Origin: Patescibacteria group bacterium
GTDB lineage: Bacteria; Patescibacteriota; Minisyncoccia; 2-02-FULL-40-12; IGHO2-01-FULL-4-A
DNA: 64,000 bases
Direction: 5' to 3'
Assembly (NCBI GenBank): GCA_038064915.1
Contig: JBBTSB010000006.1
Span: 4,864 to 68,863 of the forward strand
The notes under the pieces were generated by a model. That model was given only the letters and a program-made list of their open reading frames with translations, ran no database searches and had not been told where the DNA came from. Made by a program: the position numbers and the translations under genes. Positions 48,014 through 56,663 of the stretch are shown here, in pieces. How positions within the stretch are numbered: position 1 is the first letter of the stretch; each line of letters begins with the position of its first letter.

Positions 48014-48348
48014 TTTTCTATGATTAAATTTTTCATCATTTTTGCACGTAAGCGGTTTGGCGCAAGCATACGATAGACTGCGAGCCACAGTACTTTGCGT
48101 GGATCACGCTCCATTTGTGTTTGCATGGTGCGGGCCTTCATGCCACCTGGATACCCAGAGTAATGGAAATATGTCTTTTGATCAAGTTTTTTGGTCGAAA
48201 GCTTTAGTTTTGAGACGTTTGTTACCGTAATCTTTTCCGCAGGAATGAGATTAGGTTGGTAAGTAGCCTTGGTTTTTCCGCGCAATAAAACGGCAATCCT
48301 CGTAGCCAAGCGTCCCAGTACTTGATTTGTTGCGTCAATATAGGTCAT
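48010..48348 (-). CDS. rplM: 50S ribosomal protein L13 (short)
   Basis: IDATNQVLGRLAT, HYSGYPGG, AVYRML. Confidence 0.97.
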   Translation of the reverse strand: MTYIDATNQVLGRLATRIAVLLRGKTKATYQPNLIPAEKITVTNVSKLKLSTKKLDQKTYFHYSGYPGGMKARTMQTQMERDPRKVLWLAVYRMLAPNRLRAKMMKNLIIEK

Positions 48349-48692
48349 ACGAATTCAATTATCGCCATACGTGCTCCGTCGCTCATTCGTGGGGCAAGAT
48401 TGCGTATCCGGGTATACCCTCCGGGGCGTTGCGCGTATTTCGGCGAAATTTCTTTTACGAGTTTGTTCACGGAGGCCGTTGGCAACATACTACTGAGATG
48501 CCGCGTCGTAGAGAGGCTTTGCACTTTGCCTTTGGTAATCATTTTTTCTATGTAGGGACGGAGGGCCTTTGCTTTCGCCTGTGTTGTGGTAATGCGGTTG
48601 TTTTGGATCAAAGCCACCGCTAAGCTGCGCATGAGGGCCTTACGCTGTTTTGTCTCCCGTCCAAATGTTTTGCCTTTCTTGCCGTGTTTCAT
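48345..48692 (-). CDS. rplQ: 50S ribosomal protein L17
   Basis: MKHG, ITTTQAKAK, RPGGYTRI. Confidence 0.97.
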   Translation of the reverse strand: MKHGKKGKTFGRETKQRKALMRSLAVALIQNNRITTTQAKAKALRPYIEKMITKGKVQSLSTTRHLSSMLPTASVNKLVKEISPKYAQRPGGYTRIRNLAPRMSDGARMAIIEFV

Positions 48693-48695
48693 GGT

Positions 48696-49439
48696 CTACT
48701 CGTCTTTCTTCTTCTTAGTTTTCTTTTCTTTTACCACTTTTTTCTCAACTTTTTCCGGAAGCTGAACTGCATGCATAATTTGAAAATGATCTAGCATGAT
48801 TTGTGATGCGGTCTGCAATGTTTCTTCGGGCGATATACTTCCATCGGTTTCTATTTCCAGAATAATCTTGTTGTAGTCCGTGCGTTGACCAACGCGGATA
48901 TTTTCAACCGTATAGTGGACATTTCTAATCGGAGTAAAAATTCCATCGATGGCAATTTCGCCCACAGTCAGTTTTTCCTTGTGGCGCTGTTCAACGGGAA
49001 CATACCCGACACCTTTCTCGACTTTGATTTCCATTTCAACTTCAGTCTTTTTATCAGTAATGGTTGCAATCTTTTGATCGGGGTTGACGACTTCAACATC
49101 CGCAGTTTCCGCAATGTTATTGGCAGTGATATCCCCCGCGCCTTTTGCGGAAAGGGTGAGAGTTACCGGCTCATCAATGAAAACCTTGAAGCGAACTCGC
49201 TTGAGGTTCATGATAATCTCCAAAATATCTTCCATGACGCCAGGTATTGTAGTAAATTCATGATCGACACCTTTGATTTTTACGGAAGTAATAGCGGCCC
49301 CACTGATGGAAGAGATGAGGACACGACGGAGACTATTGCCGATGGTAATACCGTATCCGGGATAGAGAGGAGCAATTTCAAAAATGGCTTTGTTATCGAC
49401 CTTCGAAACTAATTTTGGTTCTGTAGGCAATTGAATCAT
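48696..49439 (-). CDS. rpoA: RNA polymerase alpha subunit lacking alpha-CTD
   Basis: PLYPGYGITIGNSLRRVL, HEFTTIPGV.ED, RVGQRTDY, TDGSISP; ends in a Lys-rich tail at 247 aa. Confidence 0.96.
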   Translation of the reverse strand: MIQLPTEPKLVSKVDNKAIFEIAPLYPGYGITIGNSLRRVLISSISGAAITSVKIKGVDHEFTTIPGVMEDILEIIMNLKRVRFKVFIDEPVTLTLSAKGAGDITANNIAETADVEVVNPDQKIATITDKKTEVEMEIKVEKGVGYVPVEQRHKEKLTVGEIAIDGIFTPIRNVHYTVENIRVGQRTDYNKIILEIETDGSISPEETLQTASQIMLDHFQIMHAVQLPEKVEKKVVKEKKTKKKKDE

Positions 49440-49468
49440 AATAAAAAGGTTATTAGGTGATTAGCTTA

Positions 49469-50104
49469 TTAGCGAGAATAAAACTCAATCAAGGACTGCA
49501 AGTCACCCGCGTCGATACCGCTTTCGGCGAAGGAAGGAACTCCCTGTACCGTTGCGGTAAATTGCTCATGGTCGACCTTGAGCCACTGGGGCGATTCGTG
49601 TTTTTTAATCCATTGGGGAACAAGTGCTGAAAAATACTTCGTTTTCAAACTTCCCTCGCGTACTTTAATGACATCACCTTTGCGAATTTCAAATGAAGGG
49701 ATAGATACGCGATGTCCGTTAACAAATATGTGTCCATGATTGACTACCTGCCGGGCTTGATCGCGAGATTGCGCAAAACCTGAGCGGTAGACAACGTTGT
49801 CAAGACGGTGTTCGAGTCGTCGAACGATTGATTCTCCGGTCTCTTCTTTAGACTCCATAGCTGCTTTTACCCAATTTTTAAACTGGCGTTCAAGCATGCG
49901 ATACATGTTGCGGACTTTTTGCTTTGCTTTGAGCTGTTGGCCAAACTCGGATGCTTTTCGTGCAAACCGTTTTCCATGCACACCAGGCGGGTACATTCGT
50001 TTTACCGTAGCAGATTTTGGCGAATTTGAGCGCTCACCTTTGAGGCCGAGTTTTGCGCCTAGTCTTCGCTCTATTTTCTCTCGTGGTCCTAAATATCGTG
50101 CCAT
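49469..50104 (-). CDS. rpsD: 30S ribosomal protein S4
   Basis: MARYLGP, LE.RLDNVVYR, ARQVVNHGH, IEFYSR. Confidence 0.98.
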   Translation of the reverse strand: MARYLGPREKIERRLGAKLGLKGERSNSPKSATVKRMYPPGVHGKRFARKASEFGQQLKAKQKVRNMYRMLERQFKNWVKAAMESKEETGESIVRRLEHRLDNVVYRSGFAQSRDQARQVVNHGHIFVNGHRVSIPSFEIRKGDVIKVREGSLKTKYFSALVPQWIKKHESPQWLKVDHEQFTATVQGVPSFAESGIDAGDLQSLIEFYSR

Positions 50105-50125
50105 GGAATAAGGGTTATTAGGTGA

Positions 50126-50560
50126 TTAGACTCTTCGTGGTTTCGGGGGACGAACGCCATTATGGGGTTGGGGGGTATCATCAACAATTGACGTCACATT
50201 GATACCGGCACTGACGATACCGCGAATTGCAGCTTCGCGGCCGGGGCCGATTCCGCGAACAATAATCCTCGCTTCCTGAAGTCCAAATCGTTTTGCGCGT
50301 TCTGCAGCTTCTTTTGCCACCAACGTTGCTGCATACGGGGTGGATTTTCGAGCGCCTTTGAATCCCATGTTGCCGGCAGTTGTCCAGACGAAGACGTCAC
50401 CATTGGAATCCGCCACCGAAACGATTGTGTTATTGTACGAGGATGTGATGTGGAAGGTACCCTTGAGTACCTGATGTTTTGACTTTGAAGATCCCGAACC
50501 TTCCGCTTTTTTTTCGGGATTGGAACCGCCTTCAGTTGTAATAATTCGCTTTTTGCCCAT
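50126..50560 (-). CDS. rpsK: 30S ribosomal protein S11
   Basis: SYNNT, GFKGARKSTPYAA, PHNGVRPPKPRRV. Confidence 0.98.
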   Translation of the reverse strand: MGKKRIITTEGGSNPEKKAEGSGSSKSKHQVLKGTFHITSSYNNTIVSVADSNGDVFVWTTAGNMGFKGARKSTPYAATLVAKEAAERAKRFGLQEARIIVRGIGPGREAAIRGIVSAGINVTSIVDDTPQPHNGVRPPKPRRV

Positions 50561-50563
50561 GGT

Positions 50564-50950
50564 TTATGTTTTTTGAGCCGTTGGTTTTCGGCCTGATCCC
50601 ATTGTTTTGCGGACATTACCACGCGTGGTACGGGAGTTTGTCTTCGTGCGTCCGTGAATGGGAAGTCGTCTGGCATGCCGAACACCGCGCCAAGCATTGA
50701 TTTCCTTCAAGCGTTTGACGTTATTTGCGATCTCACGTCTCAAATCACCCTCCACTTTATATGTTTTGTCTATGATGGTTTGGATTTTGTTGATTTCCTC
50801 GGCACTTAAATCTTTTGCTTTTTTGGTGAGCGGTATATGGGCTGTTTTCAATATCAGACGGGCATTGGTAAAACCAATACCAAATAGGTACGGCAGTGAA
50901 AATTCTACGGTTTTGTTGTCTGGGATATTGATCCCTGAAATACGTGGCAT
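50564..50950 (-). CDS. rpsM: 30S ribosomal protein S13
   Basis: MPRISGINIP, VEGDLRRE, RGVRH..RLP, RTKTNSRT. Confidence 0.98.
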   Translation of the reverse strand: MPRISGINIPDNKTVEFSLPYLFGIGFTNARLILKTAHIPLTKKAKDLSAEEINKIQTIIDKTYKVEGDLRREIANNVKRLKEINAWRGVRHARRLPIHGRTKTNSRTTRGNVRKTMGSGRKPTAQKT

Positions 50951-50951
50951 G

Positions 50952-51065
50952 TTATCCTTGACGTTGTTTATGCTTGGGGTTTTTACAAATACAGAAAAGT
51001 TTCCCCTTGCGGCGAACGATTTTGCACGAATTGCACATCTTTTTTACTGATGCTCTTACTTTCAT
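50952..51065 (-). CDS. rpmJ: 50S ribosomal protein L36 (not in the ORF track)
   Basis: Hand translation [37 protein letters not shown]. Confidence 0.97.
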   Translation of the reverse strand: MKVRASVKKMCNSCKIVRRKGKLFCICKNPKHKQRQG

Positions 51066-51066
51066 A

Positions 51067-51276
51067 TTATTTGCGATATGTGATACGGCCTTTCGTACCA
51101 TCGGGACTCATCTCAACCGTCACCCTGTCGCCGATCATAACTTTGATATAGTGAAGTCGCATTTTGCCAGAAAGATAGGCATGAATTTCCTGGCCATCGT
51201 CAAGTTTTACCTTAAATTTCGTATCGGGCAACGTCTCAACGACGGACCCATCTTTTTTGGGTTTTTCTGTGTTCAC
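51067..51276 (-). CDS. infA: Translation initiation factor IF-1
   Basis: [28 protein letters not shown]. Confidence 0.97.
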   Translation of the reverse strand: MNTEKPKKDGSVVETLPDTKFKVKLDDGQEIHAYLSGKMRLHYIKVMIGDRVTVEMSPDGTKGRITYRK

Positions 51277-51303
51277 TATTCCGTTATTGAAATGTTAGCA
51301 ATT

Positions 51304-53049
51304 CTATGACGAGATGTCAATGGACAACTCGATTTTCTTAGGATTCTTGGGTACGTCGCTGACCCAGAACGGGGAAAGCATAATTTTTGCCTTGAATACT
51401 TCGTCAATCGACTTGAAGTAAGACTCAAGATCAGTTTCGTTCATACCCGGTATTTCCTTGAGAATTTTTTGTTGATCAAGTTTTCCTGCGGCGCGACCCT
51501 TGACTGTCGTCTCAAATCGCACGCTTTTGGTGGTGGTGTCAGTAGAAAGAAGTTTATGAGAGACATCAAGGTCCTTCGTGATGAGTTCCAGATTGCCATT
51601 TTTATCCAAATAGCGCTGAATGAGTAGCAGAACATCATCTGGTCGAAAGGCAATGGTTGAAACGGACGCCTGAATTTTCATCTCAAGTGAATCAGCCGCT
51701 TCACCCGCTTTGGCGTTGACGATGGGGATTCCCACGGTGATATCGTAGGGCTCAAATGTAGTGAAATTACCAAGTTGTTCCTTGAGTGCCAGTACTGCTT
51801 CTTGCTTTGCTTTCGTTGTCAGCTCTTCCTGTGCTTTGATGTAATCCTGTTCCGAAACGACCTTCGCAGTTCCTATCAATCCCCCCGTCATTGGCTCCGA
51901 AGAGACGGCATAGAAAAGGTCATATCGGGGGGTTCCCTCAAAACCGGGAATGGTAAATCGTGCGGGGCCGATGTTGTATTCTTTGCCGGGTCGGTCGGCA
52001 TTCGCGACAGATTCAATTGAGCCCGAAGCAGGGACGGTGATAGTTGCGGGGATGCGAAAAATTAAACCTTCCTTTGTGGCAAATCTAGTTGTAGCTACGA
52101 GTTTTTGTGATTCTTTCGAGGTGTTATAGATTCTGATTTTTCCCGTAGCCTTTTGTGCCACTTCTTTTTGACTCGTGCTCGGGTAACTACCCGCTACATC
52201 TTTTTGTATCGAAAACTGTTGCCCGGGTATTTTATCAAATTCCGCTTGTACATCTTGGATCGTTGCTGATGCAGTAATTTTGAGCTTGAAACTCACATCC
52301 TGTGTCCGAGGCGTAATAATAACCTTGGCATGTCCGAGAGTGACGTACATAGTGGCCGCAAGGACCAGAACCGCAAGAACAAAAGGTATAATGAAGAATT
52401 TTTTGGAAATTGAGCCAAAAAACTTGCGACGTGGTTTTGGACTATTACCAATAACACCGGGTGTTTGTCGTTTTTCTTCCTCTTCCCAAAGCCTTTCAAT
52501 GTCAGTGAAATTTCCACTCACGGGCGCAGCTGGCACCGGTCGTACAATCGGAGCCGGAGGAGGTGGCGGAGGAGTGGCGGGTGGCTCAACAGTCTCTGGA
52601 ATTTCGGGTGGCCGTGAAATTTCGATATCTTGCTCTTCTTCATCTGCTTCTTGAATTTTTACATCGCGATCATTTTCGAGAGAAACGATATCTCGTATTC
52701 TTTTTCCGGCATCTTCCGGCGCAACTGCAATCACTTGTTGTTTTCTACGAGTGGCGGCCAATTCAGCAACCGCAGGATCACGTTTCTTTGGAGTAGCGGC
52801 CTGCAGGATAGTCATTCCGTTTGCAGAAGCCTGTTCAATAATATTTGGATCCGCGCTCATGACGCTTATGAGCTTTCCGCTTTTCTCTGCTTCGGCTTTA
52901 ATTGCATCAAAGTGACTCGCGTCGCGACCAAAAGCAGTACCTTTGGGAAAAATGAAAATCACCTCTTGGGCATCCGTACGAGAAAAAGCATCAAAAACTT
53001 CATCGAACGAGTCGTTCTTTTGGATGTTGAGAATTTTGGTTCCAGGCAT
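51304..53049 (-). CDS. Single-pass membrane protein with baseplate-J-like extracellular domain (CPR-type hypothetical)
   Basis: Pro-rich linker, TM, KATGKIRIYN...QKLVATTRF...G..YNI...FTIPG. Confidence 0.7.
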   Translation of the reverse strand: MPGTKILNIQKNDSFDEVFDAFSRTDAQEVIFIFPKGTAFGRDASHFDAIKAEAEKSGKLISVMSADPNIIEQASANGMTILQAATPKKRDPAVAELAATRRKQQVIAVAPEDAGKRIRDIVSLENDRDVKIQEADEEEQDIEISRPPEIPETVEPPATPPPPPPAPIVRPVPAAPVSGNFTDIERLWEEEEKRQTPGVIGNSPKPRRKFFGSISKKFFIIPFVLAVLVLAATMYVTLGHAKVIITPRTQDVSFKLKITASATIQDVQAEFDKIPGQQFSIQKDVAGSYPSTSQKEVAQKATGKIRIYNTSKESQKLVATTRFATKEGLIFRIPATITVPASGSIESVANADRPGKEYNIGPARFTIPGFEGTPRYDLFYAVSSEPMTGGLIGTAKVVSEQDYIKAQEELTTKAKQEAVLALKEQLGNFTTFEPYDITVGIPIVNAKAGEAADSLEMKIQASVSTIAFRPDDVLLLIQRYLDKNGNLELITKDLDVSHKLLSTDTTTKSVRFETTVKGRAAGKLDQQKILKEIPGMNETDLESYFKSIDEVFKAKIMLSPFWVSDVPKNPKKIELSIDISS

Positions 53050-53057
53050 TGATTGGA

Positions 53058-54650
53058 TTATAGCACAGTTGCCCGAATTCTTCTGGTACCTGTGGATACT
53101 GATTCCTCCTTTAGAATTTTAAACTGACCAATTTCCGATGTATGTGACACATGAGGTCCCCCGCAAAATTCCTTTGAAAAATCCCCAACGGAGTATACCT
53201 TCACTTTTTCGGGATATTTTTCTTTAAAGAAATACAGCGCTCCGGTCTTTTTTGCTTCTTCGATAGGCAATTCTACATAATTCACTCCTAAATCTTCACC
53301 AACCCTTGCATTTACCAAATCTTCTACCTGTCTTATTTCCTCTGGAGTCATCTTACGTGAAAATTTAAAATCAAACCGTAATCTTTCTGCAGTTATATCC
53401 GATCCGTCCTGTTGTACCTCGGGCCCCAGCACCTTGCGCAGCGCCGCCTGCAACATATGCGTGGCCGTGTGTAATCGCGTGACTTTTTTGAGTTCTTCTT
53501 CATTTGCAGCCTTGAGCTCGCCGGTATCGAGAATCAATCCGTGGCCACCAAACTTTTTTACACTTCCTTCTCGCGACTTTGCCTGATGTTTTTTGAATTC
53601 TTCATCAAATGCCGTCCGATTCAAAGCTGGTTCGATGTCATGCATTACCTCGAAAGGCAAACCGTAACTTTCGTACAATCGAAAAGCTTTTGGCGCATCA
53701 AGATCATGGATCTTTTTGAGTTCGCGTAGACCGGAATCCAGAGTTTTTAGGAATTTATTTTTTTCCTGCTCGAAAATTTCTCGCACCCCCTCAAGATTGA
53801 TTTCCGTATAAATCTGTTTGATTTTAACAAATATTTCTTCGAAATCTACTTGTTTATGTACGATAATACGCCGCATGAGACGACGCAAAACATACCCTTG
53901 ATCTTTATTTGAAGGCAGGACACCATCAGTGATCAAAAACGCAATTGCACGCGAATGGTCGGCTATGACGAAGGGGAGGCCTTTTGCAAAAGCAAACAAA
54001 TCAGTCTCAAACACATTTTCAACACCTTGTGAAACCATCGCGAGACGCTCAAGTCCCATACCCGTATCAATGCCGGGAGTATCGAGGGGTTTTCGAGAAC
54101 CGTCTTTTGCCTGATAAAACTCGTTAAACACTACATTCCAGATCTCAATGCCGTTCACGTAGATTTCCGTCGTGGGTCCGCATGGTCCCTGATCCCCTGT
54201 CGGCCCCCACCAGTTGTCTTCCTTGCCCATTTTGCGTGCCGTATATCCAAGCTCCCTCCAAATCGCATATGATTCGATGTCGTCTTGATAAACGGTGACG
54301 TAATCGATAGTGAGGCCCATCTCCTTGGTGATAAATTCATGTGCATACGCAATCGCTTCTTTCTTAAAATATCCGCCAAATGAAAAGTTGCCGAGCATTT
54401 CAAAAAACGTGAGATGTCGCTCATCGCCCACTTCATCAATGTCAGACGTCCGCATGCTTTTCTGAATAGATGCGACATTCAACGCAGGCGCAAGCTCTGG
54501 ATTTGTATAGTATTTCTTGAACTGTTGCATTCCGGCAGTCGTAAACAGCACCGATGGATCATCGGGCAGGAGTGAAGACGAAGGCACTATTTTGTGTCCC
54601 CTCTTCTCAAAAAAATCTAAGAATTGTTTCCGGATTTCTGTATGTGTCAC
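53058..54650 (-). CDS. alaS: Alanine--tRNA ligase (short form, no C-Ala domain)
   Basis: LFTTAGMQQFK, HLTFFEMLGNFSFG, IDTGMGLER, HTATH, EFCGGPH. Confidence 0.96.
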   Translation of the reverse strand: MTHTEIRKQFLDFFEKRGHKIVPSSSLLPDDPSVLFTTAGMQQFKKYYTNPELAPALNVASIQKSMRTSDIDEVGDERHLTFFEMLGNFSFGGYFKKEAIAYAHEFITKEMGLTIDYVTVYQDDIESYAIWRELGYTARKMGKEDNWWGPTGDQGPCGPTTEIYVNGIEIWNVVFNEFYQAKDGSRKPLDTPGIDTGMGLERLAMVSQGVENVFETDLFAFAKGLPFVIADHSRAIAFLITDGVLPSNKDQGYVLRRLMRRIIVHKQVDFEEIFVKIKQIYTEINLEGVREIFEQEKNKFLKTLDSGLRELKKIHDLDAPKAFRLYESYGLPFEVMHDIEPALNRTAFDEEFKKHQAKSREGSVKKFGGHGLILDTGELKAANEEELKKVTRLHTATHMLQAALRKVLGPEVQQDGSDITAERLRFDFKFSRKMTPEEIRQVEDLVNARVGEDLGVNYVELPIEEAKKTGALYFFKEKYPEKVKVYSVGDFSKEFCGGPHVSHTSEIGQFKILKEESVSTGTRRIRATVL

Positions 54651-55159
54651 GATGACAGTGTAACAAATTCCTTGAGTTTTCGAAATGCCTGGGCGCGGTG
54701 GCTAAAGTGGGATTTTTCTTTGCGGGCCATTTCGCCAAAGGTTTTATCGGAACCATCGGGCTGGAAAATAGGGTCAAAGCCGAATCCATTGGTACCACGT
54801 GGAGCAACAATTGTTCCTCGAACACGACCTTCAAAAAAATGGAGTTTTTTGTTTCTGTAACCGACAAGCACAGCAACAGTCGCTTTTGAGTTTGGCGCAA
54901 GCAGAAATATCCCCTTGGCGCCGATAGTTTTCTCAAACCACTTGATCAACGGGCCAGGTAGTCCATGCAAGGCGTCAATTTCCAGAGATACATCCTCTAC
55001 GATGACATTGTTTTGCTTGAGATGCGAAATTTTGTGCTCGATGATCTTCTTGAGGTCAAGCCCCTGGATTTCCGGTAGGTCAATGTTCAACTGCTCGAGT
55101 TCTGTAATGACCTCTTTCGCTTCCTGAAATTTTGAAGCATTTCCTGTTGCAAAATACAT
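54647..55159 (-). CDS. rdgB: Non-canonical purine NTP pyrophosphatase (RdgB/HAM1)
   Basis: FATGNASK, EDVSL, LPGPLIK, FGFDPIF, SHRAQA. Confidence 0.92.
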   Translation of the reverse strand: MYFATGNASKFQEAKEVITELEQLNIDLPEIQGLDLKKIIEHKISHLKQNNVIVEDVSLEIDALHGLPGPLIKWFEKTIGAKGIFLLAPNSKATVAVLVGYRNKKLHFFEGRVRGTIVAPRGTNGFGFDPIFQPDGSDKTFGEMARKEKSHFSHRAQAFRKLKEFVTLSS

Positions 55160-55181
55160 AAATCCATAGTACCATCGTCAT

Positions 55182-56096
55182 ATGAAAAAAACTAATCTGC
55201 GTGTCGGCGTCATCGGTTTGGGCATGGTGGGCGATCCTATACGGCGCTGGTTTGAGGAAATGAAAGGCTATATCCGAGGAAAGGACCTTTTTTGTTTTGA
55301 CGTAGATCCAAAAAAAGACTTCCACGATGACATCAATCAGGCTGAAGTGATCTTTGTTGCCGTTCCCACACCATCTCCCAAAGGAGGCGGAGCGGATCTT
55401 TCTATTTTACATGCTGCAATTAAGACCGTGAACGACGGAAAAATCATTGTTATCAAGTCAACCGTACCGCCGGGAACCGCCGAGTCTCTCCAGAAAAAGT
55501 ATCCCAAGAAAAAGTTTATATTCAGTCCTGAATTTTTGACGGAGTCTCAAGTTTGGAATGACTTCGTTCGTCCCGATCGGCAGATCCTGGGTGCCACAGA
55601 AAAAGCCCGCGATGTCCTGAAAGAAGTACAAATGCTCCTCCCCATCGCGCCATTTTCTCGTCCTTGGAGCAGTGATTACACAAAAAAGGAGGTAACCGCA
55701 ACTGAAGCGGAACTGGCTAAATATGCAAGCAATGTATTCGGCTACATCAAAGTCATCTATGGCAATATACTAGCGGACATCTGTTCGTCCATGAACATCA
55801 ATTATGAAGCTGTCCGTGAAATGATTTCCGCTGATCCTCGCATCGGGCCCTCCTGGCTTGATGTGAACCACGGAAACTACTGCGGCGCAGGCGGTTACTG
55901 TTTCCCCAAAGATATGAATGCCCTGATAGGATTTATGGAAAAAAATGTTTCGGCAAAACACAACGATGGTCTTCCTGTGCTCAAGGCGGTTCGTACCTAT
56001 AACAGAAATTTGCTCAAGAAACAAAATCTATCGGAAGAAGTGGTAAGTCGCCACGATAGGGATATAAACGTACGAAAACGTAAAAAGGCTAGATAA
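55182..56096 (+). CDS. UDP-glucose/GDP-mannose dehydrogenase family protein (no C-terminal domain)
   Basis: GLGMVG, VAVPTP, KSTVPPG, PEFL, AELAKY, GGYCFPKD. Confidence 0.88.
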   Translation: MKKTNLRVGVIGLGMVGDPIRRWFEEMKGYIRGKDLFCFDVDPKKDFHDDINQAEVIFVAVPTPSPKGGGADLSILHAAIKTVNDGKIIVIKSTVPPGTAESLQKKYPKKKFIFSPEFLTESQVWNDFVRPDRQILGATEKARDVLKEVQMLLPIAPFSRPWSSDYTKKEVTATEAELAKYASNVFGYIKVIYGNILADICSSMNINYEAVREMISADPRIGPSWLDVNHGNYCGAGGYCFPKDMNALIGFMEKNVSAKHNDGLPVLKAVRTYNRNLLKKQNLSEEVVSRHDRDINVRKRKKAR

Positions 56097-56146
56097 CTCT
56101 TGCTTTTCGGTGTCACAAGTGTTCGCACAATACGTTATATATAACA

Positions 56147-56611
56147 ATGAATACAAAAATTGTTTCGGCAGTGGTCGGTTTAGGGGTTTTCACAATCATT
56201 GGCGCTTTTAGTCTTAGTGCTTCGGCAGTCGGCAAGCCTACCGATGTTCCTCGTGGACCGAAGGTCACTCCGACACCCACGGCGCTGAATGTTGCTTGCA
56301 TTCAGGGGGCTATTGTGGAACGCGATAATGCGGTAATTGCATCAGTTACTACCTACCACACGGCAATCATCAATGCCCTTACAGCGCGTCGCGATGCTTT
56401 TAGTGCGGCATACGCGATCACTGATCGACAGGACCGCAAAAAAGCATTACGTGATGCGTTGAGCGACTTTAAAGATGCTCGCAGAGCGGCTTCAGAAACT
56501 TTTCGCAAGGCAAAAGATGCGGCGTGGAGTGAGTTTGCTAAAGACCGCAAAGCTTGTGGCGTTGGTCCTCAAGACGGCCAAGGGAATTCAAAACTCGACA
56601 GTGCAATTTAG
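56147..56611 (+). CDS. Secreted helical hypothetical protein
   Basis: Signal peptide, Ala/Arg-rich helices with a Cys pair. Confidence 0.75.
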   Translation: MNTKIVSAVVGLGVFTIIGAFSLSASAVGKPTDVPRGPKVTPTPTALNVACIQGAIVERDNAVIASVTTYHTAIINALTARRDAFSAAYAITDRQDRKKALRDALSDFKDARRAASETFRKAKDAAWSEFAKDRKACGVGPQDGQGNSKLDSAI

Positions 56612-56617
56612 TTTTCT

Positions 56618-56650
56618 CAAATAAAAACCCCCTTTCGGGGGTTTTTATTT
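56618..56650. terminator. Bidirectional intrinsic terminator
   Basis: AAATAAAAACCCCC-tttc-GGGGGTTTTTATTT between convergent genes. Confidence 0.85.
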
Positions 56651-56663
56651 GGATATAATATAA

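Noticed and set aside
34119-53049. Prophage suggested by the nuclease and baseplate-J-like genes
   Set aside because: These genes are isolated among housekeeping genes; no terminase, capsid or portal.
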